Source: Chiloscyllium plagiosum
Taxonomy: Eukaryota
Assembly: GCF_004010195.1 (NCBI RefSeq)
Contig: NC_057757.1
Span: 4,522,807 to 4,586,806 of the forward strand
DNA: 64,000 bases
Direction of reading: 5' to 3'
The notes beneath the pieces are model-generated. The model was not told where the DNA came from and did not search any database. It worked only from the letters and a program-made list of their open reading frames with translations. Made by a program: the position numbers and the translations under genes. Shown piece by piece: positions 51,478-63,144 of the stretch (position 1 is the first letter of the stretch; each line of letters begins with the position of its first letter).

Positions 51478-52785
51478 ACGGTACAGATATCTCCCTGAGA
51501 GAGATGGGACTGAGAAACACCATTCAGTTTACATATATCTCCCTGAGAGAGAGGGGATTGCAAGACACCAGTCAGTGTACATATATCTCCCTGAGAGAGA
51601 GGGGATTGCAAGACACCAGTCAGTGTACAGATATCTCCCTGAGAGTCAGAGAGAGAGATAGGGAGAGAGGGGACTGAGAGACATCAGTCAGTATACTGAT
51701 ATCTTCTTGAGAGAGAGAGTGAGATGGAACAGAGAGACACCATTCAGTGTACAGATATCTCCCTGAGAGAGAGGGGTGACTGAGAGACAACAGTCAGTGT
51801 GCAGATATCTCCCTGAGAGAGAGATAGAGAGGGGACTGAGAGACATCAGTCACTGTACTGATCTCTCCCTGACAGAGAGCGAGATGGGACAGAGAGTCAC
51901 CAGTCAGTGTACAGATATCTCCCACAGAGAAAGACAAAGAGAGAGAGAGACCAGTCAGTGTACAGATATCTCCCTGAGAGAGAGTCAGAGAGAGGTAGAG
52001 AGAGAAGAGGCTGAGAGACATTAGTCAGTGTACTGATATCTCCCTGAGAGAGAGACAGAGAGAGAGAGACAGTGGTCTAAGAGACACCAGTCAGTCTACA
52101 GATATCTGTGTGTGTGTGTGAGAGAGAGAGGGGACTGAGAGACACCAGTCAGTCTACAGATATCTCCCTGACAGAGAGAGAGAGCGAGATGGGACAGAGA
52201 GTCACCAGTCAGTGTACAGATATCTCCCACAGAGAAAGACAGAGAGAGAGACCAGTCAGTGTACAGATATCTCCCTGAGAGAGAATCAGAGAGAGAGAGG
52301 TAGAGAAAAAAGAGGTTGAGAGACATTAGTCAGTGTACTGATATCTCCCTGAGAAAGAGAGACAGAGACAGAGAGACAGAGACAGCGAGAGAGACCAGTC
52401 AGTCTACAGATATCTCTCTGTGAGAGAGAGAGGGGCGGGGGGACTGAGAGACACCAGTCAGTCTACAGATATCTCCCTGAGAAAGAGAGAGAGAGAGAGA
52501 GAGGGGGGACTAAGGGGCATCAGTCAGTGAACTGATATCTCTATGAAAGAGAGAGAAAGAGAGGACTGAAAGATAACAGTCAGTATACAGATGCTTCCCT
52601 GAGAGAGAGAGAGGAGAGAGGCAGAGAGAGAGAGCGAGAGAGAGAGAGAGAGCAGTCAGCATACAGATATCTCCCTGTGAGAGAGGGGAAGTGAGAGAAA
52701 CCAGTCAGTGTACAGATATCACCCTGAGAGAGAGGAGACTGAGATACACCAATCAGTGTACAGATATTTCACTGGGAAAGAGAGG
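51478..52785. repeat. Minisatellite: core GAGACACCAGTCAGTGTACAGATATCTCCCTGAGA with variable (GA)n linkers
   Basis: More than 20 copies, period about 40-70 bp. Confidence 0.95.
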
Positions 52786-52886
52786 GGTTTATGTGTTTTC
52801 AGTAGCTCCCTGGATTGTGAAGGATGGACAGCTTGTGTTTTGGCTGGGAAAATTTTCCCAGGATCCTCTGCTCTGTGGCCATTGCC

Positions 52887-53070
52887 TTATCTCTTGGCTG
52901 ACATTTCATCACCTGTTGATTGATCCCTGGCCAATCTGCCAAAGAGGCTGATTCATGGGTGGGGCAGAGTGTTATCTGCTCTGATAGGAGCCAGGTGTTG
53001 CTTGGCTGGGTGTCAGGAGGCTGGTCTGAAAGTGTATATAAACCCAGGGTGCACTATGTACAAATCACCT
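52887..53070 (+). promoter_or_regulatory. Candidate RNA polymerase II core and proximal promoter
   Basis: TATATAAA 53035-53042, CCAAT 52931-52935, GGGTGGGG 52957-52964, GATA sites TTATCT 52887 and 52972 and TGATAG 52982, E-boxes 52910 and 52992; ATG 81 bp after the TATA box. Confidence 0.65.
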
Positions 53071-53122
53071 CAGCTAGAGGCAAGCAGACAACTTACTGTG
53101 AGACTCCCGACTCACCACAACC

Positions 53123-53177
53123 ATGAAGTACCTGTGTCTGTTCCTCCTGGTCAGCCTGATGGCAGTGGTCATGGCAT
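53123..53177 (+). CDS. Exon 1 of unidentified secreted protein: signal peptide MKYLCLFLLVSLMAVVMA
   Basis: Kozak-like ACAACCATGA; basic n-region, hydrophobic core, V-x-A cleavage motif; followed by T|GTATGT donor (phase 1). Confidence 0.75.
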
Positions 53178-53249
53178 GTATGTAGCAGTGTGCTGTCCCA
53201 CTCACCCCTGGTAGTGGTCAGCTTTTTAATGTCAGTCCTGCTCTCGCGA

Positions 53250-53592
53250 CCTCTAGACGGAGCTCCGAGTGTCCAGTGTAGACCATGGACAGAGCTCGCA
53301 GTCTCTGGATGGAACTCCGAGTGTCCAGTGTAGACCATGGACAGAGCTCGCAGACTCTGGACGGAGCTCCGAATGTCCAGTGTAGACCATGGACAGAGCT
53401 CATAGCCTCTGGACAGAGCTCCGAGTGTCCAGTGTAGACCATGGACAGAGCTCACAGTCTCTGGACGGAGCTCCGGGTGTCCAGTGTAGACCATGGACAG
53501 AGGTCTGAGTGTCCAGTGTAGACCATGGACAGAGCTCACTGTCTCTGGACAGAGCTCGGAATGTCCAGTGTAGACCACAGATAGAGCTCACA
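53250..53592. repeat. 52-bp minisatellite in intron 1 of the candidate gene
   Basis: GTCCAGTGTAGACCA recurs at 53271, 53323, 53375, 53427, 53479, 53511 (short unit), 53563. Confidence 0.95.
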
Positions 53593-53659
53593 GTAATTGG
53601 AGAGTATTCCCACTCAGTCCTGACTTGTGCCTCATTGATAGTGTACAGGCTTTGGGGAG

Positions 53660-53992
53660 TATGGCAAAGTCTTTTCCTTGGGGTGGTGGAGTCCAGAACT
53701 AGAGGACATAAGTTTAGGGTGAGAGAGGGGAAAGATATAAAAGAGACCTAAGGGGCAACCTTTTCTCACAGAGGGTGATATGTGTATGGAATGAGCTGCC
53801 AGAGGAAGTGGTGGAGACTGGTACAATTGCAACATTTAAAAGGCATTTGGATGGGTATATGAATAGGAAGGGTTTGGATGGATATGGGCTGGGTGCTGGC
53901 AGGTGGGACTAGATTGGGTTGGGATTTCTGGTCGGCATGGACGGGTTGGACTGAAGAGTCTGTTTGCATGCTGTACATCTCTATGACTCTGA
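53660..53992 (+). mobile_element. CR1/HER1-type LINE 3' fragment
   Basis: Family 3' sequence and ATGACTCT tail. Confidence 0.85.
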
Positions 53993-54267
53993 GTCAGGAG
54001 GTGAGTTACTCGCTGTAGGATTCCCAACCTCTGACCTGCTCTTGTAGCCACCGTTTTTATGCGATGAGCCCAGTTGAGTTTCTGGTCAATGGCAATTCTT
54101 GGAATGTTGATGAAAGAAATTATATATTCCTTCTTTGCAGATTGCTAATGACAGAGACTGTGTAATGAAAATGGTGTTAAACCTGACATGAACTGTTTGA
54201 GTTGAAAATATAGATTTCAAATGCATTCTCCACAAATAAACTTGATATAACTTCATTTATTCCACAG

Positions 54268-54288
54268 TTGGTCAACCCTACAGGAAAG
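54268..54288 (+). CDS. Candidate micro-exon 2 (21 nt): (F)GQPYRK
   Basis: catttattccacag|TTGGTCAACCCTACAGGAAAG|gtattg; phase 1-1. Confidence 0.6.
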
Positions 54289-54869
54289 GTATTGCATTTC
54301 ATTCTCACTGTCTGTCTCCTAATGAAGATTAGCAATGAGGACTGAAAGTTAAAGAATGTTAGTGCCAGTGTTTCCCTGCCATAGTGGATTGGCCATACTA
54401 AATTACCCCATAGTGTCCAGGGATGTGCAGGTTAGGCTGGATTGGCCGTGCTCAATTGCCCCATAGCTTTCAGGGATGTGTAGGTTAGGTGTATTAGTCA
54501 GGGGTAAATGTAGAGTAATGCGGAATGGGTGGGTTATTCTTCGGAGGGTCGGTGTGGACTTGTTGGGCTGAATGGCCTGTTTTCACACTGTAGGGATTCT
54601 ATGATGTATTAATTGGGGGGAGGGAGAGTTAATTCTCTCTCGGTTACAGAATTGGCTACACTTCTCTAACAGTCCCCTCCCAGGTCTGCACATATAAGAA
54701 AACTATCCTTCCCAAACCTTGGTCTAGACAAATTGCCACTCCTTCAGTTGAACCCCTGCACTGGAAATCTCAAAACTGGCCTTTTGTGATGAGATACCAG
54801 GAGTGTGTCGTCCACACAGTGGGAGGAAGAAAACACTAATGTTTCCTACATGCACATTTAATGACCAGG

Positions 54870-55080
54870 TTAAAAACCACACGACACCGGGTTATAGTCC
54901 AACAGGTTTACTTGGAAGCACTAGCTTTCGGAGTGCTACTCCTTTATCAGGTAGCTAGTGGAACAGGATCATAAGACACAGAATTTATGGCAAAAGATCA
55001 AAGTGTCCTACAGCTGACGTGATGTATTGAACAAACCGAGATTGCTGTTAAGTCTTTCAGCTTTTAGAATGGGTTGCACA
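54870..55080 (-). mobile_element. Penelope pLTR of the 10150-11170 family
   Basis: ACACCGGGTTATAGTCCAACAGGTTT..GCACTAGCTTTCGGAG; degenerate hammerhead core CTGATAA on -. Confidence 0.7.
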
Positions 55081-55389
55081 AGGTATAATCTAATGGTTGA
55101 AAGATTAATGCCAACTCATTCTGAACATATGGAACTGATTGGGCTGCACATGCAGATTTCCGATTCACCTTCTGTCGGTAATACTCAGGAACACAAGCCT
55201 GTTTCATTTCCTGGGACTCCCAGTGTATTATGTATCAGGAATTGTCTTTAATTTCCTAAATCTGGTTCTCGACAGTGCACAACGGCTGTGTCTCTGAACA
55301 ACACCAAATGTTGCGTGACACCAAATACTCACCGCTGCACTGTCCCCGTGCTCATTGATATCCAGATCCTCATAATAATGTGTGAATTG

Positions 55390-55815
55390 TGTGGCATGGT
55401 GGCTCAGTGGTTAGCACTGCTGCCTCACAGTGCCAGGGACCCTGGTTCGATTCCAGCCTTGGGTGACTGTCTGTGTGGAGTTTGCACATTCTCACTGTGT
55501 CTACGTGGGTTTCCTCCCACAGTCCAGATTTGTGCAGGTTAGGGTGGATTGGCTGCGCTAAATTGTCCCACAGTGTTCAGGGATGGTGCAGGTTAGGGTG
55601 GATTGGCTGTGCTGAATTTGTCCCATAGTTTTCAGGGATGGTGCAGGTTAGGGTGGATTGGACTGTGCTAAATTGTCCCATAGTGCCCAGGGATGTGCAG
55701 GTTAGGGTGCATTAGTCAGGGGTAAATGTAGGGTAGGGGAATGGGTTACTCTTCGGAGGGTCAGAGTGGACTTGTTGGGCCGAAGGGCCTGTTTCCACAC
55801 TGTAAGGATGCTAAT
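55390..55815 (+). mobile_element. HE1 SINE with internal tandem expansion
   Basis: Head TGGCTCAGTGGTTAGCACTGCTGCC, B-box GGTTCGATTCC, repeated GTGCAGGTTAGGGTG units. Confidence 0.85.
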
Positions 55816-57759
55816 TCTAATTTTGTAAGAAAGTGAATGTTTGGGACGCGAGCATGGCAGACTGGCTAGCATTTGATTGTTGCGAATGTTTCCACCATAC
55901 GTGTTGCACCGATGTGTTGGGCTCCTTGAGGATGGGGATATTTCGTAGAATCGTTGGATTGTACAGCACAGAAGGAGGCCATTTGGCCCATGGTGAATGT
56001 GCCAGATCCCGAAAGAGTGTTCCAGTTAGTCCCACACTCCAGCCCTACCTCGGTAGCCCTCTAACTCCCATCATTTTCAAATGTGTGGAGCCTCCTCCTC
56101 CTCCAGTGAGTTGTTTAATTGTCCACCACCATTCGCGACTGGACGTGGCAGGACTGCAGAGCTTTGATCGCTAAGCTCTGCCAATCACTTGCTGTTTGGT
56201 GGCTTAACCAGGTTGGCATCTCATTTTCAGGTGTGCCTGGTGCTGTTCCTGGCATGCCCTCTCGCACTCTCCGTTGAAGCAAGGTTAATCCCCTGGCTTG
56301 ATGGTAAAGGTCGAGTGGGCGATAATGCTGGGCCATGATTGTACAATTCTGCTGCTGACAATAGCCCACAGCGTCTCATGGATGCCCAGACTTGAGTTGC
56401 AAGATCTGTTCACAGCTGAGCCCTTTCCGATCCGATTTTGATAACGGTGCGTCAGCCGAAGTTGTGTTTCAATTACCCTCACTGTGGAAAGCTCCTGACA
56501 TTTTCTACTCTTTGCAGTTAACAATAAAACCATTAGGTGGCGTTGGTGTGCTTTCATTCCTGGATGGTGACGTTCCACCTTCAGATCCCAGTGCTCTGCC
56601 TTTACATTGAGACTATCCCACTTAGTGTGCCCTAACAATGTGTGTGCATATGTCAGGCCATAGTGTAGGAGCAGAAGCAGACCATTCGGTCCATCAGGCA
56701 AGTTCTGTCGACCCAATGGCTAGTCTGAATACCCTGGACTCCACTTTCCTGCCCTCTTCCCTCAACTCCCTCACCATTTAAAAATCTGGGCACGACCTCA
56801 ATTACAATGGGTGTTGCGTGTTTGTGAATTGTTCCAGTTCATGACAGGAGTTGCCAGTCTTCTCCCAGGATCTGGAATGGGTTCGGAACATTGTTCCCTC
56901 AGCTGGCACTTCAACACTGTCATGTCTGGAGCAGATACTGTCCTTCCCCTTGAGGCCTACATCCTATGAGTGAATAAGTGAGGAAATTGAATGCGATAAC
57001 TCTGTTCCAGTGAGGTGTGCCAAATGCGTTTGTTTACCTGCTGTATATGTCCAAGCGGAGGAATAATTTTTATCACCTAATTCACGGTTTATTCTGAGCC
57101 ACTCCAAGTCTGTCCTTGCCTGAGCTCTGACTGTTGACCAGACCATGTTGTTAGAATCCCTACTGTGTGGAAACAGGCTATTCGGCCCAACTGACCCTCC
57201 AAAGAGTATCCCACCCAGACCCATTCCCCTACCCTATTATTCTACATTTACCCCTGACTAATGCACCTAACCCACACATCCCTGGACACTAAGGGATAGA
57301 GTTCAAAAGTGCACAGAGCCTAACATTGGGTGGCTGCTGAAGCTGGGTGTGTGGGTTGGATAGCTCAGTTGCCTGAATATCTGGCTTGCAGTACAGGGTG
57401 TTACGTATGACGCACAGGTTCGATTCCCACACTCCAGTTAGCGTTACCAAGAAAGGAACAGTTTCTCAAACTCAGCTCTGCTGAGGCATGGTTAAAACTC
57501 AGCAGCAGCCAGCTCTCTCTCTCAAAGAAGAGAGCAAGCCCTCTTTCCCCAGTAAGCGTTTACCTTCACTTGTGAAAGTGCACCACTGACCTATAATTCT
57601 GAATCTGTTAATTGTTGCAGTGACTGGGATATCTGGGCGGGTTGGACCGAAGGGTCTGTTTCCGTGCTGTACGTCTCTATGACTATGATGGACTACAACT
57701 CATTCTCTGCAGACAATGTACATTAACACACATCTGTTTTTTTCTTTCTCTTTTCACAG

Positions 57760-57777
57760 TTCCTCCTCCCTATTATG
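57760..57777 (+). CDS. Candidate micro-exon (18 nt): (V)PPPYY
   Basis: Long pyrimidine tract ttttttctttctcttttcacag|TTCCTCCTCCCTATTATG|gtatcg; branch-like cattaac 57721-57727; phase 1-1. Confidence 0.65.
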
Positions 57778-58984
57778 GTATCGTATTTCCTTTTATTTTA
57801 CATTTCATTCTCAAAACAAATGAAGTTTGAAAGGGCTGGAGGCCTGAAAATTGTTGATTATAAGGGTGAATCACTTCACAGCACATTGGCTTCCTTTATT
57901 CCAGGGGGTGATTTCCCTGATGTGGGCCATTGGGATCACGGAAAACCCTGGATATGCCCGCCCACAAAACGGGCAAGACCTTTGCCTAAGATTGTGCAAC
58001 GAATAGATTGGGTTGGGATATCTGGTCGGCATGGACGGGTTGGACCGAAGGGTCTGTACATCTCTATGACTCTATAACTGGGGGTACAGGTGATGACTCA
58101 GGGGCTAGAATGGTTCGGTGGCTCTTTCTGACTGGTGATGGGCCAAGTGGCCTGATCTCTCCGCTCTGCAGACATTGCAAAATATCTGTGGAATGCTTGG
58201 GTGTAGCATCACGGTCCAATGCAATTCAAGACTTTGGGAGCCACTCAGCAGATGACCTAGTGGCTGAAGTAGGGTCATTCAGCCCCTTGAAGCCGCTCCA
58301 TCTTTCAATACCATCGCGGCTTTCATCAGGTTACTCCGCATTCCTGCTCACACCAGTCATTTATCAAGAATCCAGCCACGTCTGTCCTCAAACTCATACT
58401 GCATCATTGAGTTTGTCCTGTCGAAAGTGCCTGATTACCTGCATTTGTCCCACTTTCCTGCACTCTGCCTTTAGTGTTGAATAATCAATGGTTCAACTTT
58501 GACCACCTTTTAAAGAAAAGACTCATCACTCTCTTAGAAAATATTTCTTCATATTTCGATCTCAAATGGGACGACCTGTGATTTGACTCCTGGTATAAGA
58601 TCCTCTCCAAGTCCACCCTGTTGGGAGCTCTCTCAGCCCTGTTCTGTCTTAATTCAGCCTATTTAACCAATCCACGTGCCATCATCACTGCCTGCATTTT
58701 TAGTTTAAATTACTAGTCTTGGACCCGTTCTTTCCTCCGTAAAATTTGGCCAATGTATCTCCAGTCCTGAGTTGTAATCATTAACCAGATCACCACTATA
58801 AATTGATCACCTCAATGGCCACACATTTCCACTTTATCAAAAGCTGAATGATCTCATCAAAAAAATAAGGTATTTCAATCAGTGGGTGTGAAAAATAGTT
58901 CAATTTTTAAAGATTTAGGCCAAATGTGATAAATGAGAAAATTAATATCACACTCCACGCTTTGGTGGAAGAGGGTTAGATTGT

Positions 58985-59560
58985 CAGAGAGCCATAGAAT
59001 CATCCAGCACAGAAACAGACCCTTCGGCCCAACCAGCCCGTGCTGACCATAATCCCAAACTAAGCCAGTTCCAGCTGCCTGCTCCTGGCCCATATGCCTC
59101 CAAACCTTTCCTACTCATGGACTTATCCAAACACCTTTTAAACGTTGTAACTGCACCCTCATCCACCACTTCCTCAGGAGTGCCATTTCACACACGAACC
59201 ACCCTCTGTGTAAATAGGTCGCTCCCCGTGTCTTTTTAAAATCTTTTCTCCTCCCACCTTAAAATTATGCCCCCGAGTCTTGAAATCCACCCCCCCCCCC
59301 TAGGGAAAAGAGACTTGTCATTCACCTTATCTATAATCCCTCATGATTTTGTAAACTTGTATAAGGGTCACCCCTCAGCCTCCTACACTCCAGTCTCTCT
59401 TTGGGACGCAAACCCTCCATTCCTGGCAAAATCCTGGCAAATCTCTTCTGTTCCAGCATCCACACATCCTCAGGAAGTTCATTCCATACGAGAGCCACTC
59501 TCTGTGTTAAAAAAAAATTGCCCCTCGTGCCTTTTTTAAATCTCTCTCCATTCACTTTAA
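58985..59560 (-). mobile_element. CR1-type LINE 3' fragments (rearranged)
   Basis: WNELPEDV, TTFKRCLDK, family tail. Confidence 0.8.
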
Positions 59561-59624
59561 AACGAACAAGGATTGATTAATAAAAGAGGGCAAAGAGTGA
59601 TGCTCGCTCAATGATTAGAAGTAT

Positions 59625-59940
59625 GGGTGGCACAGTGGTTAGCACTGCTGCCTCACAGCGCCAGAGACCCGGGTTCAATTCAGGCCTCAGGCGACTGACT
59701 GTGTGGAGTTTGCACATTCTCCCTGTGTCTGCGTGGGTTTCGTCCGGGTGCTCCGGTTTCCTCCCACAGTCCAAAAATGTGCAGGTTAGGTGAATTGACC
59801 ATGCTAAATTGCCCGTAGTGTTAGGGGCAGGGGTGAATGTAGGGGAATGGGTCTGGGTGGGTTGCGCTTCAGCGGGTCGGTGTGGACCTGCTGGGCTGAA
59901 GGGCGTGTTTCCAAACTGTAAGTAATCTAATCTAATCTAA
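59625..59940 (+). mobile_element. HE1 SINE, full length
   Basis: Near-identical to 16608-16908, (AATCT)n tail. Confidence 0.9.
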
Positions 59941-60052
59941 AAGAAAACGACTCAGAAAGTGCCAATGATGATAAAGAAATTGTAAGTTCCCAATTCATTC
60001 TATGCAGACACTGCTCATTCTTAAACCTTGTTCTTCATTTCTTTTCCCACAG

Positions 60053-60070
60053 GCTCCATTCCCATCTATG
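60053..60070 (+). CDS. Candidate micro-exon (18 nt): (G)SIPIY
   Basis: ttcttcatttcttttcccacag|GCTCCATTCCCATCTATG|gtaagt; consensus donor; phase 1-1. Confidence 0.7.
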
Positions 60071-60593
60071 GTAAGTTATTTAATTTTCTGCATTTACTTC
60101 ACCAGAATGAATAACCATCATGCCTGAGCCAAGAGGACTGTTGAATATGGTGCACCATCATCCCAATCATTGGCATCACGCTCACTATTACAACGGGGTG
60201 ATAGGGTGATGTGTTTCACCTTGGACACAGTGGCCTGCGAATGGACTATTTTTTTTGGGGGGGGGGGCGTTCTCCGCCCAAAAAAAAGCAAAACCATCTG
60301 TTTCCTCAGATCAAGCTGTTGAATTAGACACTTATCTGCCTTGAAGGGAAGTGGATTTCTCTGTGACTGTATGACTCTAAACCCTGGTCTGTGCGAGCTG
60401 GCCACACTCAGACAGGGTGCTTCTATTGTTCTAACTTTAAAAAGACCCCAAGGCCTGACAAGCTCTAGAGCTTCTGGTAGACTGTCCAGCGTGTCTGCCT
60501 TACAACCTCACTTCAAAAACAAACCGGGACAAAACAATCTTTTCAAGTCACGACATTGTTCCATAACTGTAATATTGTCCCACAAGTAATAAC

Positions 60594-62330
60594 TGTTATG
60601 GACCAGATTAGACCCCCTCAAAATATTTTAGGAAGGTAGCCTAGACCCTACCTTTTTGTATTTTTAAAGATAAGTGTAAAGGGCCTGTGTTCCAGATGCA
60701 ATTCAAACCACTCGACGTGAAGCAAAACATGTTATATTCAAGCACTATAGTTAAATTGCAACAAATGAAAGAGGATGGACGTTGCCAGGGTTGGAGGGTT
60801 TGAGCTATAGGGAGAGGCTGAACAGGTTGAGGCTGTTTTCCCTGGAGTGTCAGAGGCTGAGGGGTGACCTTATAGAGGTTTATAAAATCATGAGGCGCAT
60901 GGATAGGATAAATAGACAAAGTCTTTTCCCTGGGGTGGGGGAGTCCAGAACTAGAGTTTAAGGTGAGAGGGGAGAAATTTAAGTGGGACTTAAGGGGCAG
61001 CTTTTTCACACAGAAGGTGGTGCGTGTATGGAATGAGTTGCCAGAGGATGTGGTGGAGGCTGGTACAATTACAGTATTTAAAAGGCATGTGGATGAGTAT
61101 ATGAATAGGAAGGGTTTAGAGGGATATGGGCCAAGTGCTGGCAAATGGGATGAGATTAGGTTAGGGTATCTGGTCGGCATGGATGAGTTGGACTGAAGGG
61201 TCTGCTTCCGTGCTGTACAGCTGTATGACTCTATAACTTTGAATAACTTAACTCTATTTGAACACTTAGCAGAATAATAGACACAGTAACTATTACTGAC
61301 TAACTGTTCCAATGTAGTAACACCCCATAAACACATCCCTGGGCAAAAAAACAAATTCCAAAAAGCTGATTTCTCTCCTAGTTAACCCACAGCAGTGAGA
61401 AACCCCACTTTCCTACTGTAACTGAGAGAAGGGGGAGATAGCTTCTACTTCTTCAAGACCACAACAGCAACTTCTTAAAGCCAAACCTAAAAACTAAGGC
61501 AAAACTATTGGTCAAAGCATTGAGTACAGGAGTTGGGAGGTCATGTTGTGGCTGTACAGGACATTCGTGAGGCCACTGTTGGAATATTGCGTGCAATTCT
61601 GGTTTCCCTGCTATAGGAAGGATATTGCGAAACTTGAAAGGGTACAGAAAAGATTGACAAGGATGTTGCCAGGGTTGGAGGATTTGAGATACGAGGAGAG
61701 GCTGAATAGGCTGGGGCTGTTTTCCCTGGAGCATCGGAGGCTGAGGGGTGACCTTATAGGGGTTTATAAAATCACGAGGCGCATGGATAGGATAAATAAA
61801 CAAGGTCCTTTCCCTGGGGTGGGGGGAGTCCAGAACTAGAGGGCATAGGTTTAAGGTGAGAGGGGAAAATTTTAAAAGGACTTAAGGGGCAACTTTTGCA
61901 CTCAGAGGGTGGTGCGTGTATGGAATAAGCTGCCAGAGGAAATGGTAGAAGTTGGTACAATTACAACATTTAAAAGGCATCTGGATGGGTATATGAATAG
62001 GAAGGGTTTGGAGGGATATGGGCCAAGTGCTGGCAAATGGGACTAGATTAGGTTGGGATATCTGGTCAGCATGGACGAGTTGGATCAAAGGGTCTGTTTC
62101 CATGCTGTACATCTTTATGACTCTATGACTCTAAACCCTGGTCTGTGAGACCAGGCCACACCCAGCCAGGCTGCTTCTATTATTACAACTTTTTAAAAAA
62201 ATCCAAGGCCTGACAAGCTGATTACTCCAGTGTTTCTGGTAGACTGTCCGGTACCTCTGCCTTACAACCTCTCTTCAAAAACAAACCAGGACAAAATAAT
62301 CTCTTCAAGTCACAGCATTGTTCCATAACC
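60594..62330. mobile_element. Solo-LTR-like element interrupted by two CR1 3' fragments (60775-61234, 61510-62132, + strand)
   Basis: Ends TGTTATGG / CCATAAC; CR1 motifs in ORFs 60963-61196 and 61543-61839. Confidence 0.55.
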
Positions 62331-63144
62331 TCTAACTCTGGCTTCTTAGAGTGAGATGCCAATGACACACAGAAGAGTTAGGAGCTGAACTTAGATTGGG
62401 TAGGCACTATCCCTGTGCTCCAGTGAACAATGGCATGATGACTCATGTGCAAAGCTGCCTTATCATTTGACTGGATCTAATTGCTCCCTTCAGTAAAGTT
62501 CACCAATATATATAATGGATAGTTCTATGTGCAGGGATATACTGCCATCTCATTGAATAAGGTTGAGGACATTCCAAACTACTTAGGTCTGTTCCTGCTC
62601 TGAGAGGAAATCATTGACCAGACCATTGATCCAGCTCAATAGTGTTATGGACTAGGCCAGGCCACTCAAATCATTCTTAAGCAGGCAACCCAGACCATAA
62701 CTTCCCAATTTGTTTCGGTAAGTATACAGCGAAAATTAACATGTCTTTCCCGGTTTGCAGGGGCCGCTTCCCGGATTGGATCCCAAAACAAACTGATTGC
62801 CACTTTCCTGCTCAGAGCCCGCTTAATGTGAAATCAACCAATCGCTGCTCATGGAGGGACAGCCCTGCGCCGCTCCATCGGTCCAAAAGAGGGCACCAGA
62901 TCTCCCTGCCACACCCCAGCCCAGCCCAGGCCTTCGCGATCATTCACAAGGACCGCAAATGATACTATCCCTCGGGAGAACGGTCTTCCTCGTTCCCGGA
63001 TTGGGGAGGGGGCAGGGAATGATTGTTATCCACTTTTCCGTAGGGACGAACCTCCATGCACGAGTTCAGATATATCGAAATAAAAATTTAGTCTTCCAAT
63101 ATTAAGAAATAATTAGAATTGAATTCCCTCTCTTGGTTTTCTGC

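Noticed and set aside
51478..52785. CRISPR-like array (conserved core with variable spacers)
   Set aside because: Spacers are only GA-rich length variants, there are no cas genes, and the context is vertebrate; it is a minisatellite.
53093..53591. Repetitive minus-strand ORFs (MVYTGHSEL...)
   Set aside because: Translation of the 52-bp minisatellite; period is not a multiple of 3.
54141..54161. Micro-exon candidate after ttctttgcag
   Set aside because: In the phase set by exon 1 it reads TAT TGC TAA (stop).
62685..62717. 33-nt exon candidate ending at GTAAGT
   Set aside because: Poor acceptor tract, and it lies in an LTR-like sequence starting TGTTATGGAC similar to 60594.
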